Below, one piece after another: positions 1 through 9,603 of a stretch of 64,000 nucleotides of DNA (position 1 is its first letter; every line of letters starts with the position of its first letter). The position numbers and the translations under genes were made by a program. Below the pieces are notes generated by a model. It did no database searches. It was not told the origin of the DNA and saw only the letters and a program-made list of their open reading frames with translations. The stretch is from Escherichia phage MN05, in sequence record NC_070987.1; one strand, written 5' to 3'.

Positions 1-1
1 A

Positions 2-2956
2 GACTTAGCTCCTAATGCTTTCACTAATGCTATAAATGCTCGATTTGTTGAGCAGAGAGTATTTAAGACGGGGGGCAATGCCCCTCTTTCTTATGTAGAT
101 GAAGATAAGGATTTAACCCCTCTGTCTTTCGTTTCTATGCCTTTCGATTATTATAGCGCAGGTAATAGCTTTCTTGTTGTAGGTACGGATAAGAAGTTAT
201 ATAAACTGACAGATGAAAGCTTGACTGATATTAGCCGTAAGGTTGCTACAGTCACTAAGAAGGCTTCTGCCTCAATTAAGATTTATCCAGTTGTTTCTCA
301 GATCGTTCCTAAAGAATCAACTATCTCAATGAACTTCAATCAGACCAAGAATCTAGAGGTTTCTCTTCTCCCTGCTGATGCTAACAATACTGATCTTATT
401 TGGGAGGTTAGTAACTCATCCTATGGAAGTATTACGGTAGACCCTAGTGACTCTAAACTTGCTACTCTAACATCTTTTGAGAAAGAAGGCAATCTTGTAG
501 TAACTATCTCTACTGCCAACGAATCTGTAGTGGCTCAGATTGCTGTTAATATCATCGACGGTGATTCAGGCATCTTCTTGAGTCAAGACACTGTTACAAT
601 TCGTAAAGGAGGGACTACTACTCTCACGGCTGTTACTGGCAAAACTCCTGTAACTTGGTCCAGCAATAATGCTTCTATTGTAGCCGTAACCCCTAACGCC
701 AATTCTTTAACTGCTGTCATTACAGCGAACGGAGAAGGTAATGTAACAATCACTGCTGATAACGGGACTAAGACTGCTTCTTGTGAGGTTGTTTCCATCC
801 CTCAGATTGATAGTATCTCTTTGAGCCAGTCAGATGTTATTGTGAGCAGAGGTTCTCAGTATATCTTAACTGCTACCCTTTCTCCTGCTAACGCCCCTAA
901 TCAAAATATTACTTGGACCTCTTCTAATCCAAATATTGCAACAGTATCAGGGAATAGCACACAAGGGACGATCAACGCTTTACTTGCTGGCTTTACTGAG
1001 ATTACAGCTACCACTGAAGAAGGCAACAGGGTTGCTGTCTGTACTGTAAGAGTAGACTTAGCTGGAAGGGCTATGAGAACAAGTGCTATGGCATTTGCTG
1101 CACCTGCATCAGAACCAATTGAATCACAAGAGGAAGAAGTAGTAACTCCTCCTGAAAGTGAAGAGACGGTTTATTTTGCTGAGCCTACGTCTGGTATTGA
1201 TACGTCAGGGATGTACGAAGGTAACAACTTCTATGATTATTCTAACGTAAACGATATTGAAGGTTTTGCAAGAGCTTCTTTGTTCGCAACCCCTTTATCA
1301 TCCGTAACCTTAGATGTTGTCAGCGCTTCTCTCGATGTTGGTGAGGAAATAGTTATTACAGCTACAGCTTCTCCAGAAGGTGATTATTCTTATCAGTGGT
1401 CTGTTGATAAGACTGGCTATGTTTCTACAACTTCAGTTACTGGTAAATCTATCAAACTGGTTGCTCTTCGTAAAGGAGAGATTAATGTAACATGTACTGT
1501 CAGCCAAATGACTCAGAAGGATTACGATGCTTTTGATGACTACCCTTGGTATCACGCTATTATTTCTAACTGTGCAGTTGCTACAACTCACTATGAAACT
1601 CCTCAGGTAAAAGAATTCGAATCAGAATACTTTGTAGATCTTCCGGGATGGGGTGAGCAAACAGTTGTCGATAATGACGGGAACCCTTCAGTCAAGAAGT
1701 TTAACTGGAAATGTGAAAGAGTGAGATCTTTTAACAACCGTCTTTTTGCTCTGAACATGAGAGAGGCTAACGCTTCTGGTGTTACCACTAACTACCCGCT
1801 TCGTCTTCGTTGGTCTAACTTTGCCAATGAGAACAAGGCTCCTACACTGTGGGATGACTTTGCCTATGATAGAGTTGTGTCTTCGGACTTGGCTTCTAAC
1901 ATCGTAGGACAGACTCAGGCTTTAGAAAATGGATATGCGGGTTACATTGACCTAGCGGATTCTAATGGCAGCCTGATTGATATCCTACCTCTTAAAGATT
2001 ACTTGTTCGTTTACACAGAGTTTGAAACGTATATTGGTTCTCCGACTAATAACACATACCAACCTCTGATGTTCAAGAAACTCTTTAATGACTCTGGTAT
2101 CCTTGCTCCTGAGTGTGTGGTTGAAGTAGAAGGTAGCCACTTCGTAGTTACTCAGAACGATGTAATCTTACATAATGGTGCAACCAAGAAGTCAATTGCA
2201 TCTAACCGTGTTAAGAACATGCTGATTAATGAGGTGTGTCTGGTCAACCCTCTAGCTACTCGAGTTCACTTACATCAGGATAAGAAAGAAGTTTGGGTTC
2301 TCTATGTAGGTCCGGGAGAGCCGAAAGAAAGCTTCGCTTGTACTAAAGCTGCTGTATGGAACTACGAGTTTGATACTTGGTCCTTCCGTACTATTCCTTA
2401 TGCTCAGTGTATCGGTCTGGTTGATCCTCCTGTTTTAGAGAGAGGTCCAATCTGGTCTGACTTCCAAGAGATCACTTGGGATGACCAATCCATCAAAGAG
2501 CTTGTTTGGAGAAAGGATGCAACAAACTTTAGACAGAGGGTTACGATAGTAGGTTCGTTCTTGAGGGGATTCTACCAAGTGGATGTAGGTGCTCTTGATT
2601 ATTTCTATGACAGGTTAAATGATGTTGTTATAGAGAAGCCTCTGGAGATGAGGTTGGAGAGAACTGGTCTAGATTTTGATAATGTGACGAATGAGTGGAA
2701 TCAGAAGCATATTAACAGATTCCGTCCTCAGACAACCGGCTCAGGCACTTATACCTTTGAAGCTGGAGGTAGTCAATTCTCAAATGAATATGGACACCCA
2801 CACACATCTAAGACTTATACAATCGGTGTTGACAGGCATGTCTCGGTGAGACTGAACCATCCATACCTTTTCTATAATGTTATAGATAATGATGTTAACA
2901 GTAATGCTGCTATCAATGGACTAACGATAGAGTTTGCTGTTGGCGGACGGAGATAA
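2..2956 (+). CDS. Tail fibre / tail spike protein with tandem Ig-like (Big_2-type) repeats; 5' end probably lies outside the window
   Basis: Track ORF 137..2956; the frame stays open back to position 2 and there is no SD before ATG 137; N-terminal half has repeated ~90-aa Ig-like segments; followed by a terminator. Confidence 0.6.
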   Translation, partial: DLAPNAFTNAINARFVEQRVFKTGGNAPLSYVDEDKDLTPLSFVSMPFDYYSAGNSFLVVGTDKKLYKLTDESLTDISRKVATVTKKASASIKIYPVVSQIVPKESTISMNFNQTKNLEVSLLPADANNTDLIWEVSNSSYGSITVDPSDSKLATLTSFEKEGNLVVTISTANESVVAQIAVNIIDGDSGIFLSQDTVTIRKGGTTTLTAVTGKTPVTWSSNNASIVAVTPNANSLTAVITANGEGNVTITADNGTKTASCEVVSIPQIDSISLSQSDVIVSRGSQYILTATLSPANAPNQNITWTSSNPNIATVSGNSTQGTINALLAGFTEITATTEEGNRVAVCTVRVDLAGRAMRTSAMAFAAPASEPIESQEEEVVTPPESEETVYFAEPTSGIDTSGMYEGNNFYDYSNVNDIEGFARASLFATPLSSVTLDVVSASLDVGEEIVITATASPEGDYSYQWSVDKTGYVSTTSVTGKSIKLVALRKGEINVTCTVSQMTQKDYDAFDDYPWYHAIISNCAVATTHYETPQVKEFESEYFVDLPGWGEQTVVDNDGNPSVKKFNWKCERVRSFNNRLFALNMREANASGVTTNYPLRLRWSNFANENKAPTLWDDFAYDRVVSSDLASNIVGQTQALENGYAGYIDLADSNGSLIDILPLKDYLFVYTEFETYIGSPTNNTYQPLMFKKLFNDSGILAPECVVEVEGSHFVVTQNDVILHNGATKKSIASNRVKNMLINEVCLVNPLATRVHLHQDKKEVWVLYVGPGEPKESFACTKAAVWNYEFDTWSFRTIPYAQCIGLVDPPVLERGPIWSDFQEITWDDQSIKELVWRKDATNFRQRVTIVGSFLRGFYQVDVGALDYFYDRLNDVVIEKPLEMRLERTGLDFDNVTNEWNQKHINRFRPQTTGSGTYTFEAGGSQFSNEYGHPHTSKTYTIGVDRHVSVRLNHPYLFYNVIDNDVNSNAAINGLTIEFAVGGRR

Positions 2957-2960
2957 CAAC

Positions 2961-2989
2961 AAGGGGCTTCGTGCCCCTTTTATTGTTTT
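2961..2989 (+). terminator. Rho-independent terminator
   Basis: Stem AAGGGGC/GCCCCTT with loop TTCGT, then TTATTGTTTT; lies between the tail-fibre stop and the next start. Confidence 0.6.
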
Positions 2990-2999
2990 GGAGGAACTT

Positions 3000-3968
3000 A
3001 TGGGTGCAGGTGGTTTTCGTAAGAATACTGGTCGTAATAACACCACACTCCCGTACAACGTTGGGTTTCTCAATAATGTACAGGACACAGAAACATATAA
3101 CGTAGCCGTATATGACGAGCTACAGAAAGTCAGTACAGCTACTAACCAAATGTTCCAAGCTATTGATGAGATTCATGATGAGATTGATGTTCGTATCAAA
3201 GCTCTTCATGCGATGAATCTACAATTTGATGAGCTTGAGAACAGAATTACCACAGAGATTGAAACAGCTATCGCAGATATTATAACACAGATGGGGAATC
3301 TCTCCACTGAGGATATTTGGGATAACTCTGTTCAACCTCCGGTAAAACTAGAAAGCACTGTATCTGGCTTTAAAACAAGTATTGAAGGTAACACAACTAA
3401 GATTCAAACGGTAGAAGGGATTGTTAACGACCAAGGTCAAGAGATTGCTTTAGTTCAGACAGAGATTCAAAATATCAATGGAAGCCTCTCTCAGTATATG
3501 AAGCTTTCTGAGTATGAAGCTACGTGGGGTGTTAACTCTACGGTCAACGGAAGATATGCTGGGGTCAAGTTAACTAATAACGGAACAAACAGTCAATTCC
3601 AAGTAACAGCTAACAAGTTTATTGTTGGTGATGGCAGCTCTGGTAATACCCCTTTTGTATTTGAAGGCGGAAGAGCTAGGATGGAATTCGCTGACATAAA
3701 GAACGTCAACATCACAACGGCTCAGATTGCCAACGCTAGGATCCAATGGGCACAGATTGATAACGTATCTATCTCCAATGCTCAGATTCAGAACTTATCA
3801 GCGGATAAAATCACTGCTGGTTCTATGTGGGGTTCTAACTGGAGACTTACTGTTGGTGGTGATTTTGTTATGGGTGGTACAGGTGGTTCTCAGTTGTGGA
3901 TGAATGGTAATAGAATAGATTTTTATGATGGGAGTGGAACTCTTCGCATAAGAATAGGGAGTTGGTAA
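3000..3968 (+). CDS. Tail fibre-associated / tail protein
   Basis: Track ORF 2934..3968 trimmed to ATG 3000, which has SD GGAGGAA upstream; the track N-terminus overlaps the terminator; coiled-coil N-terminus then beta-rich repeats. Confidence 0.5.
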   Translation: MGAGGFRKNTGRNNTTLPYNVGFLNNVQDTETYNVAVYDELQKVSTATNQMFQAIDEIHDEIDVRIKALHAMNLQFDELENRITTEIETAIADIITQMGNLSTEDIWDNSVQPPVKLESTVSGFKTSIEGNTTKIQTVEGIVNDQGQEIALVQTEIQNINGSLSQYMKLSEYEATWGVNSTVNGRYAGVKLTNNGTNSQFQVTANKFIVGDGSSGNTPFVFEGGRARMEFADIKNVNITTAQIANARIQWAQIDNVSISNAQIQNLSADKITAGSMWGSNWRLTVGGDFVMGGTGGSQLWMNGNRIDFYDGSGTLRIRIGSW

Positions 3969-3969
3969 C

Positions 3970-5004
3970 ATGGCATATGGAATATGGACACGCCCGGTTG
4001 GTCCGGGTCCAGCGGCACCTGCTGATATTTATATTGATAGTGGTAGCACATTCCCTCAACTCAGAAATAGAGTCAGTGGGAATTTCTCTTTTAGTGGAAA
4101 TACCTGTGACTTGCCTATAAGTGGTTGGGATGGTAGTGGTCAGATAGTTGTAGTCCCAACAGGGTCTGTTGTTTGGGAGAGATATATACCTCCTAATGTA
4201 ACGTCTGATGTGTATTGGCTAACGGATATATCTGTTATTAATAACTCAACCTTCAGGGTTACTATGGACTATAACGTAAACGGTTGGGTATTTGATATGG
4301 CTTTTAATGTATATCAAATATGGCCTAGAGCTAACAGGAACTATGGAATCACATTCTCCAACTCTGCTGACTATTTCTCAATCTCTGATTCTGGAGTTGT
4401 TGGTCAATGTATTTGGGCTTGGGAGGGTGACATAAACGGTGCTCTTCAAATACCAGATATTGGTGGTTTTGATATGAGCCGAGCAACTGTCTATGCGAAT
4501 TGGAGTAACGGCGGAGCAGGTCTGCTATACAACCCATCCAATAGGGTTGTTTATGTGTACCAGAACAGATCTCATGATAATGGTAACACAAACCAAACAG
4601 GATCAATTGGCGGTGTTAGAATTGCCGTCTTCTGTGATGGTTCTGGAGTACCAACTCATAATGGAGGTTTAAATATCTTCTCTCCAAATGGGTCTCAGTG
4701 TGTATTTTCTACATATAGAACCCCTTTTAGTGTTGAGAGATTTATGCCTATGAGTGGCGGTAACACATCTCTGGCCTATCCAATGATACCATTATCTTAC
4801 GGAGCAGGAGCAATAAGGGGCAAGGCTAGTGGTTGGTATTTTCAACACGCAAGATCTCACATGATGAATGGCTCTTCTTTCGGTACAGGTTTCGGAAGGA
4901 TGATTTACTCTTGGAGTAGTCAATATGATTTAGGAGGGGGTGGTGCCCTCGGGTTAAGTATTCCAATATTAGATGCTAGGAAAATATTCAGGAGTATACA
5001 ATAA
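3970..5004 (+). CDS. Tail fibre / tail protein (Gly/Asn/Ser-rich, beta-rich)
   Basis: Track ORF; starts 2 nt after the previous stop; composition typical of fibre or receptor-binding proteins. Confidence 0.45.
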   Translation: MAYGIWTRPVGPGPAAPADIYIDSGSTFPQLRNRVSGNFSFSGNTCDLPISGWDGSGQIVVVPTGSVVWERYIPPNVTSDVYWLTDISVINNSTFRVTMDYNVNGWVFDMAFNVYQIWPRANRNYGITFSNSADYFSISDSGVVGQCIWAWEGDINGALQIPDIGGFDMSRATVYANWSNGGAGLLYNPSNRVVYVYQNRSHDNGNTNQTGSIGGVRIAVFCDGSGVPTHNGGLNIFSPNGSQCVFSTYRTPFSVERFMPMSGGNTSLAYPMIPLSYGAGAIRGKASGWYFQHARSHMMNGSSFGTGFGRMIYSWSSQYDLGGGGALGLSIPILDARKIFRSIQ

Positions 5005-5013
5005 GGAGATATT

Positions 5014-5796
5014 ATGGCAATTAGAATGGGTATCGAAGAACTAGACCCAATGGTGCAACGGGCTTCAAAGAAGTATGGAATACCAGCTGCTTTGATTCAT
5101 GCTGTAATCCAAAGAGAATCTAGTGGTCGTCCTACAGTGGCCTCTGGAACTGGTCCTGTAGGTTTAATGCAGATCAGTAAAGGGTTGGCTAAAGATTACG
5201 GTTACAAACTAGAAGACAGACTTGACCCAGAAAAGAATATTGATATGGGTGCTCGTTACATAAGAGATAACTTAAAAGCTTTTAATGGTGATGTTAAGAA
5301 AGCAATGGTTGGTTATTCAGAAGGTATCGGTGGAGCTAAGCAAATGTTCGCTGGTAAAAAGGGATTTACTCCACAAGCTCTTGACTCCATGAACAATAAA
5401 CACTTTCTTCCTTTCTATGGTGATGCAGCTTCTCAGATTGCTAATCCAATTGGAGCTTTGCAAGCTGTTCAACCAGTCAATCAGTTTAATCCTGACTTGT
5501 TAGACAGAGAGAAGGCTGCACAAGCTCCCACTCAGGCAGAGATTGCTGCTTCTAAGACAGGTGCTTTAGGTGGTAATCCGGTAGAGTTTTACTCTGATGA
5601 AGTGCAGGAAGGTGAAGACCAGAAGCCTCAACAGAACTTTGGTAATGCTGTATTAGGGGTAGCTGCTATGCTTGCTGGTAAACCTCCCACCTCTCAAACA
5701 GTTCAGAGGGCAAGTGCACCACATGCAGCAGGTTCTCAGTATAGTCCACAAACACAAGCAGTGCTCAGACGTTTGGCTAGCATTGGTGTAAAGTAA
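5014..5796 (+). CDS. Virion-associated lytic transglycosylase (SLT domain)
   Basis: Motif GIPAALIHAVIQRESSGRP...GLMQI typical of the SLT catalytic domain; SD AAGGAG upstream; located among virion genes. Confidence 0.7.
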   Translation: MAIRMGIEELDPMVQRASKKYGIPAALIHAVIQRESSGRPTVASGTGPVGLMQISKGLAKDYGYKLEDRLDPEKNIDMGARYIRDNLKAFNGDVKKAMVGYSEGIGGAKQMFAGKKGFTPQALDSMNNKHFLPFYGDAASQIANPIGALQAVQPVNQFNPDLLDREKAAQAPTQAEIAASKTGALGGNPVEFYSDEVQEGEDQKPQQNFGNAVLGVAAMLAGKPPTSQTVQRASAPHAAGSQYSPQTQAVLRRLASIGVK

Positions 5797-5815
5797 TAAC
5801 CTTTAAGGAGGACTT

Positions 5816-6868
5816 ATGTCTTTATTTGGAAAATCAGCTTCTAGCAAAACCACAGTGGCCCCTTCCTCTCAGGTTGATGCCCTGCTGAAGCAGATTGTTG
5901 CTAATGCTCAGAATATGCAGAACAACGATCCGGGATTCATCTCCCAACAGCTGGCTGGGTTTAATGGCAACCAACAAGGTGCTCTTAATAACTTAGCAGC
6001 TTCTACTACTCAGAAGAAACTAGCTGATATGTACACACCTCGTACACAGCAAGGTTTAGACCAACTTAACTCTCTTGCTCAACAGTATCAGAATATTGTT
6101 AATGGTGGTGGAGTGACGGCTGAAGGGGTTAATAACTTTAGTAAAGGTTTGAATAACTCAGCTCTTGCACAAGCTACTAGTAAAGCAGCTTCTAATGTTT
6201 CTCTTGGCAATGGCTCTGATTCAGGATCTCTCCGTAGAGCTGCGGCTCAAGGGGCTGCTTTGAATGGTGCTAACACTAACCTGTCTCGTACTATCAGTGG
6301 CAAGAATATGGGTGTAAGTGCTCTTCAACAAGATCAAAACTTCCAGAGAGGGTTGCTTGGTGCTCAATCTGGTCTAGCTGGACAGAACCTCAACCTAGGT
6401 GCTCAAGGTGTTCAGGCAACTCAACAGGCTATTCAGAATCAACTCATGGCTGGCAATCTTCAACAGCAACAAGCTCAAGCTCAGGCTGATACTAATTGGC
6501 AAAATGCTATTGGTTCTCAGCAGTATGGGTGGAATCAGCTTAACAACCAGCTTAATGTATTAAATAGTGTAAGTCCGATGGCTGGATACACGATTAAGAA
6601 TTCTGCTCCGGGAGTTAATGTTGGGCAGCAGCTCCTAGGTGCTGGTATCACTGGTTTAGGTATTGCGGGTCGTATGGGTGCTTTCTCTCCTGATCAACAA
6701 ACTCAGAATGCTTGGAGTTCCTATAACAATTCAGGTGGGCAATCTGGAATGGCTGGTCCTATGATTGGAGGTTCTAATCTTTCTCAACAGAAAGGTCAAT
6801 CTAACTGGTTATCCACAACGGGTAATAATATCTTAGGCGGAGTCTTAGGGGCATTTGGAGCAAACTAA
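5816..6868 (+). CDS. Gln/Asn/Gly-rich virion (internal/ejection) protein, paralog 1
   Basis: Track ORF; SD GGAGGA; shares N-terminal MxLFG and GFNxNQ..ALNNLA motif with the next gene. Confidence 0.5.
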   Translation: MSLFGKSASSKTTVAPSSQVDALLKQIVANAQNMQNNDPGFISQQLAGFNGNQQGALNNLAASTTQKKLADMYTPRTQQGLDQLNSLAQQYQNIVNGGGVTAEGVNNFSKGLNNSALAQATSKAASNVSLGNGSDSGSLRRAAAQGAALNGANTNLSRTISGKNMGVSALQQDQNFQRGLLGAQSGLAGQNLNLGAQGVQATQQAIQNQLMAGNLQQQQAQAQADTNWQNAIGSQQYGWNQLNNQLNVLNSVSPMAGYTIKNSAPGVNVGQQLLGAGITGLGIAGRMGAFSPDQQTQNAWSSYNNSGGQSGMAGPMIGGSNLSQQKGQSNWLSTTGNNILGGVLGAFGAN

Positions 6869-6880
6869 AGGAGATTTGAT

Positions 6881-7849
6881 ATGGCTTTATTTGGAGGAGG
6901 GAATAGTAAAACTACTTCCCAAATGATTCGCCCTGAATATATTCAACAGTATATTGACCAGCTTAACCAACAGATTGGTAATACTAGTTCAGGGGATTAT
7001 GTTTATCGTGACAATGTAGGATTCAATAACAACCAGACAGAAGCTCTTAACAACTTAGCACAATCTGGTGCTCTAGGGACTCTCTCGCAGCAATATATGG
7101 ATGCAGCAGGTCAAGGGTTGGGTTATCTAGATAATGCCTATAAAGGCTATCAGAGCCTCTCTGGACAAGGTGGGATTACTGGGGAACAGATTGGTGCTCT
7201 TGCTGGTCAACTATATGATGATGACGCTGTGCAAGCAGCCATTACAGCTAATAATGAACAAGTTCAACAGAACCTAGCACGTAACGCTCTTCCTCAGTTG
7301 TCTCAACAGTATGCTGGTCAGCAGGGTTCAGGTGCTCGTATGGCTAAATCTTTTGCTCAGGGTGATGCTCTGAATCAGATGCAAAGTCAAGCAACAGATA
7401 TTACCAATAGTGCTTATAACTCGGCTATCAACCAAGCTGAAAGCATTCTCTCTGGTAATAGACAGAATCAGGCAGCTGCTCTCTCGGGCCTTTCTACTAT
7501 CGGTTCTAACCTTTCTAATTTAGGTCAACAAGGTGCTGATCTATCTCAACAGCAAATACTAAACCAGTGGAAGGCTGGGTTGCAGCAACAACAGCAACAA
7601 CAGAATGAATATGATAATGCCTACCAGAATGCTCAGAACGCAGCTAATTGGGGATGGCAGGATATAAACAACCAACTCGGTGCAGCAGGTGTACTTAACG
7701 GTGCTCTCGGACAAACTACAACTACTAAAACATCTGGTGGGGGTGGTGGCTTCTTAGGTGGAGCTATGAGTGGTGCAGCAGCTGGCTCTTCTTTTGGTCC
7801 TTGGGGTGCCTTGGCTGGAGGGGTGATTGGCGGGATGGCTAGTTCTTAA
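6881..7849 (+). CDS. Gln/Asn/Gly-rich virion (internal/ejection) protein, paralog 2
   Basis: Track ORF; SD GGAG; paralogous to 5816..6868. Confidence 0.5.
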   Translation: MALFGGGNSKTTSQMIRPEYIQQYIDQLNQQIGNTSSGDYVYRDNVGFNNNQTEALNNLAQSGALGTLSQQYMDAAGQGLGYLDNAYKGYQSLSGQGGITGEQIGALAGQLYDDDAVQAAITANNEQVQQNLARNALPQLSQQYAGQQGSGARMAKSFAQGDALNQMQSQATDITNSAYNSAINQAESILSGNRQNQAAALSGLSTIGSNLSNLGQQGADLSQQQILNQWKAGLQQQQQQQNEYDNAYQNAQNAANWGWQDINNQLGAAGVLNGALGQTTTTKTSGGGGGFLGGAMSGAAAGSSFGPWGALAGGVIGGMASS

Positions 7850-7862
7850 TTAGGAGATAAAT

Positions 7863-9536
7863 ATGCAACAGACAACTTATGCTCAGGTCAGAAGTCGTGA
7901 CCCGAGAAATACTTTCTATGGTGTTAATCCGGGAGCGGCTTCGGCCTCTCCTTACATGGCTAGACCCATTCAGACAGCAGATGTTTCTATGTACCAACGT
8001 CCTGCTGTACCTGCTGGACTTTCCCGTCTTGTAGGTCAAACTTCAGTGGATTATCAGAATATGCTGAACCCTGTTCAGAGTAATGGACTTCCTTCTGATA
8101 TTCCTAATGACGTACAACCTCAAGCACAACAAGCTGTAACTCTTCCTGAGCCTAATAATCAAGAAACTGTGCAAGATGCCGGACCTTCTCCTTCTTCTGT
8201 TCCTCAAGAATCGGAGCCTCTTCCGGTGACGCCTCCGACTAAGCCTCTCGAAGATGGTCCTACAGAGTTTACTCCTTCTCAAGTAGAGCAGGCACAAGGT
8301 GTTGTTACCACTCTTGCTCAAAGTCAGGACACTGGTGAAGGCATGGCTGGGGCTACTCGTGCAAAAGATCAAGAACGTGTTAACTCTGATATCATGCAGA
8401 TTGCAAAAGCTAAAGACCCTTCAGAGGCTTGGAATAAGTTACAGAAAGAGCCGTTCTACCAGAACTCTAGTTTCTACACAGGCTTAATGGGTGTAGGTCT
8501 TTCAATCATGTCAGGTAAGTCTCCGATTGAAGCTTTCCAAATTGGTCAAGGTATGGCTAACCAAGATGAGACTAAGAAACAACTAGAAGCTAACCGTGAT
8601 GCATTGGTTGAACAAGGTTTCTCTCAAGACTCTATTGCTGCTGCTATCGCAAGCGGAGACCCTTCTCTTCTGAAGATGAGAGCTAAAGACCCTCTTCAAC
8701 AGGAAGCTTTATACGCTGAGCGTGAGAGACGCCAGAATGCTGAGTGGGATAGACGTCAAGCTATCAATGAAGAATCTGCTGAGAGAAATCGTAAGGCTAC
8801 TTGGGAAAACCAATTAGCTCTGGCAGAAGCCCGTGGTGAGATTGTTCGTGACAACCTTTTGTTCAAGAATGAACACAGTGTTCGTAAAACATCTCCCAAG
8901 TGGGAAAAATCAGAAGAACTTGGTGGTATTACCCCTAACTTCCGAGATAAGTTACAGCAATCTTATCGTCCTGTTATTAATGTCCTAGCTTCTCGAAACA
9001 AGTGGATGGCTCCTACAGAAGCTGCTATTTCTAAACTAGGAACTGGTTCAAACTCTCAAGAGAGTGCAGCTCAGCAACGTGCTGCTATTGAGAACTTGAC
9101 TAAACTTATTCAAGGTGGTTTAGCTTCCATTAATGGAGAGGTAATGAATGAGCTTACAGGTGATCCAGATTGGGTTAACAACAAGTTGAATAAGATTCAG
9201 ATGATGGCAGGTCAAGGTCCGACCGAAGCAAATATCAAATGGCTTAAAGCACTAGGTACAGAGATTCAAGAAATCGATAAAGAGGCAACTAAATATCAAG
9301 TAGCCCCTCTAGTGGAATCTTTGATTCTTGACAGTGGTTTAGCTCCTGATAATGCTATCAAAGCTGCTAACTCTATTTTTGCTCCTGGCTCTGTTCGACT
9401 TACTACTGAAGAGTTTAAAGAATGGTCTCGTGGACATAGTAAAGTTCATGATAAAACATTCCCTGATGATAAGCCCTCTAAATTGAAGGGTGGTGCTTTA
9501 TCTGATTCTTCAGATACTAGCTGGTTCACTAAGTAA
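7863..9536 (+). CDS. Virion structural / internal protein
   Basis: Track ORF with SD; Pro/Gln-rich linker then helical domain; position within the structural module. Confidence 0.45.
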   Translation: MQQTTYAQVRSRDPRNTFYGVNPGAASASPYMARPIQTADVSMYQRPAVPAGLSRLVGQTSVDYQNMLNPVQSNGLPSDIPNDVQPQAQQAVTLPEPNNQETVQDAGPSPSSVPQESEPLPVTPPTKPLEDGPTEFTPSQVEQAQGVVTTLAQSQDTGEGMAGATRAKDQERVNSDIMQIAKAKDPSEAWNKLQKEPFYQNSSFYTGLMGVGLSIMSGKSPIEAFQIGQGMANQDETKKQLEANRDALVEQGFSQDSIAAAIASGDPSLLKMRAKDPLQQEALYAERERRQNAEWDRRQAINEESAERNRKATWENQLALAEARGEIVRDNLLFKNEHSVRKTSPKWEKSEELGGITPNFRDKLQQSYRPVINVLASRNKWMAPTEAAISKLGTGSNSQESAAQQRAAIENLTKLIQGGLASINGEVMNELTGDPDWVNNKLNKIQMMAGQGPTEANIKWLKALGTEIQEIDKEATKYQVAPLVESLILDSGLAPDNAIKAANSIFAPGSVRLTTEEFKEWSRGHSKVHDKTFPDDKPSKLKGGALSDSSDTSWFTK

Positions 9537-9543
9537 GACCTAA

Positions 9544-9588
9544 GTCCTGCCTTCTATAATGTATATAGGGGGTAGGACATTTTTATTT
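9544..9588 (+). promoter_or_regulatory. Hairpin plus T-run (terminator-like) whose loop contains the motif TAATGTATA
   Basis: GTCCTGCC...GGTAGGAC stem followed by ATTTTTATTT; TAATGTATA at about 9557-9565, upstream of the 9604 start. Confidence 0.35.
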
Positions 9589-9603
9589 ATAAAAGGAGAC
9601 GTT

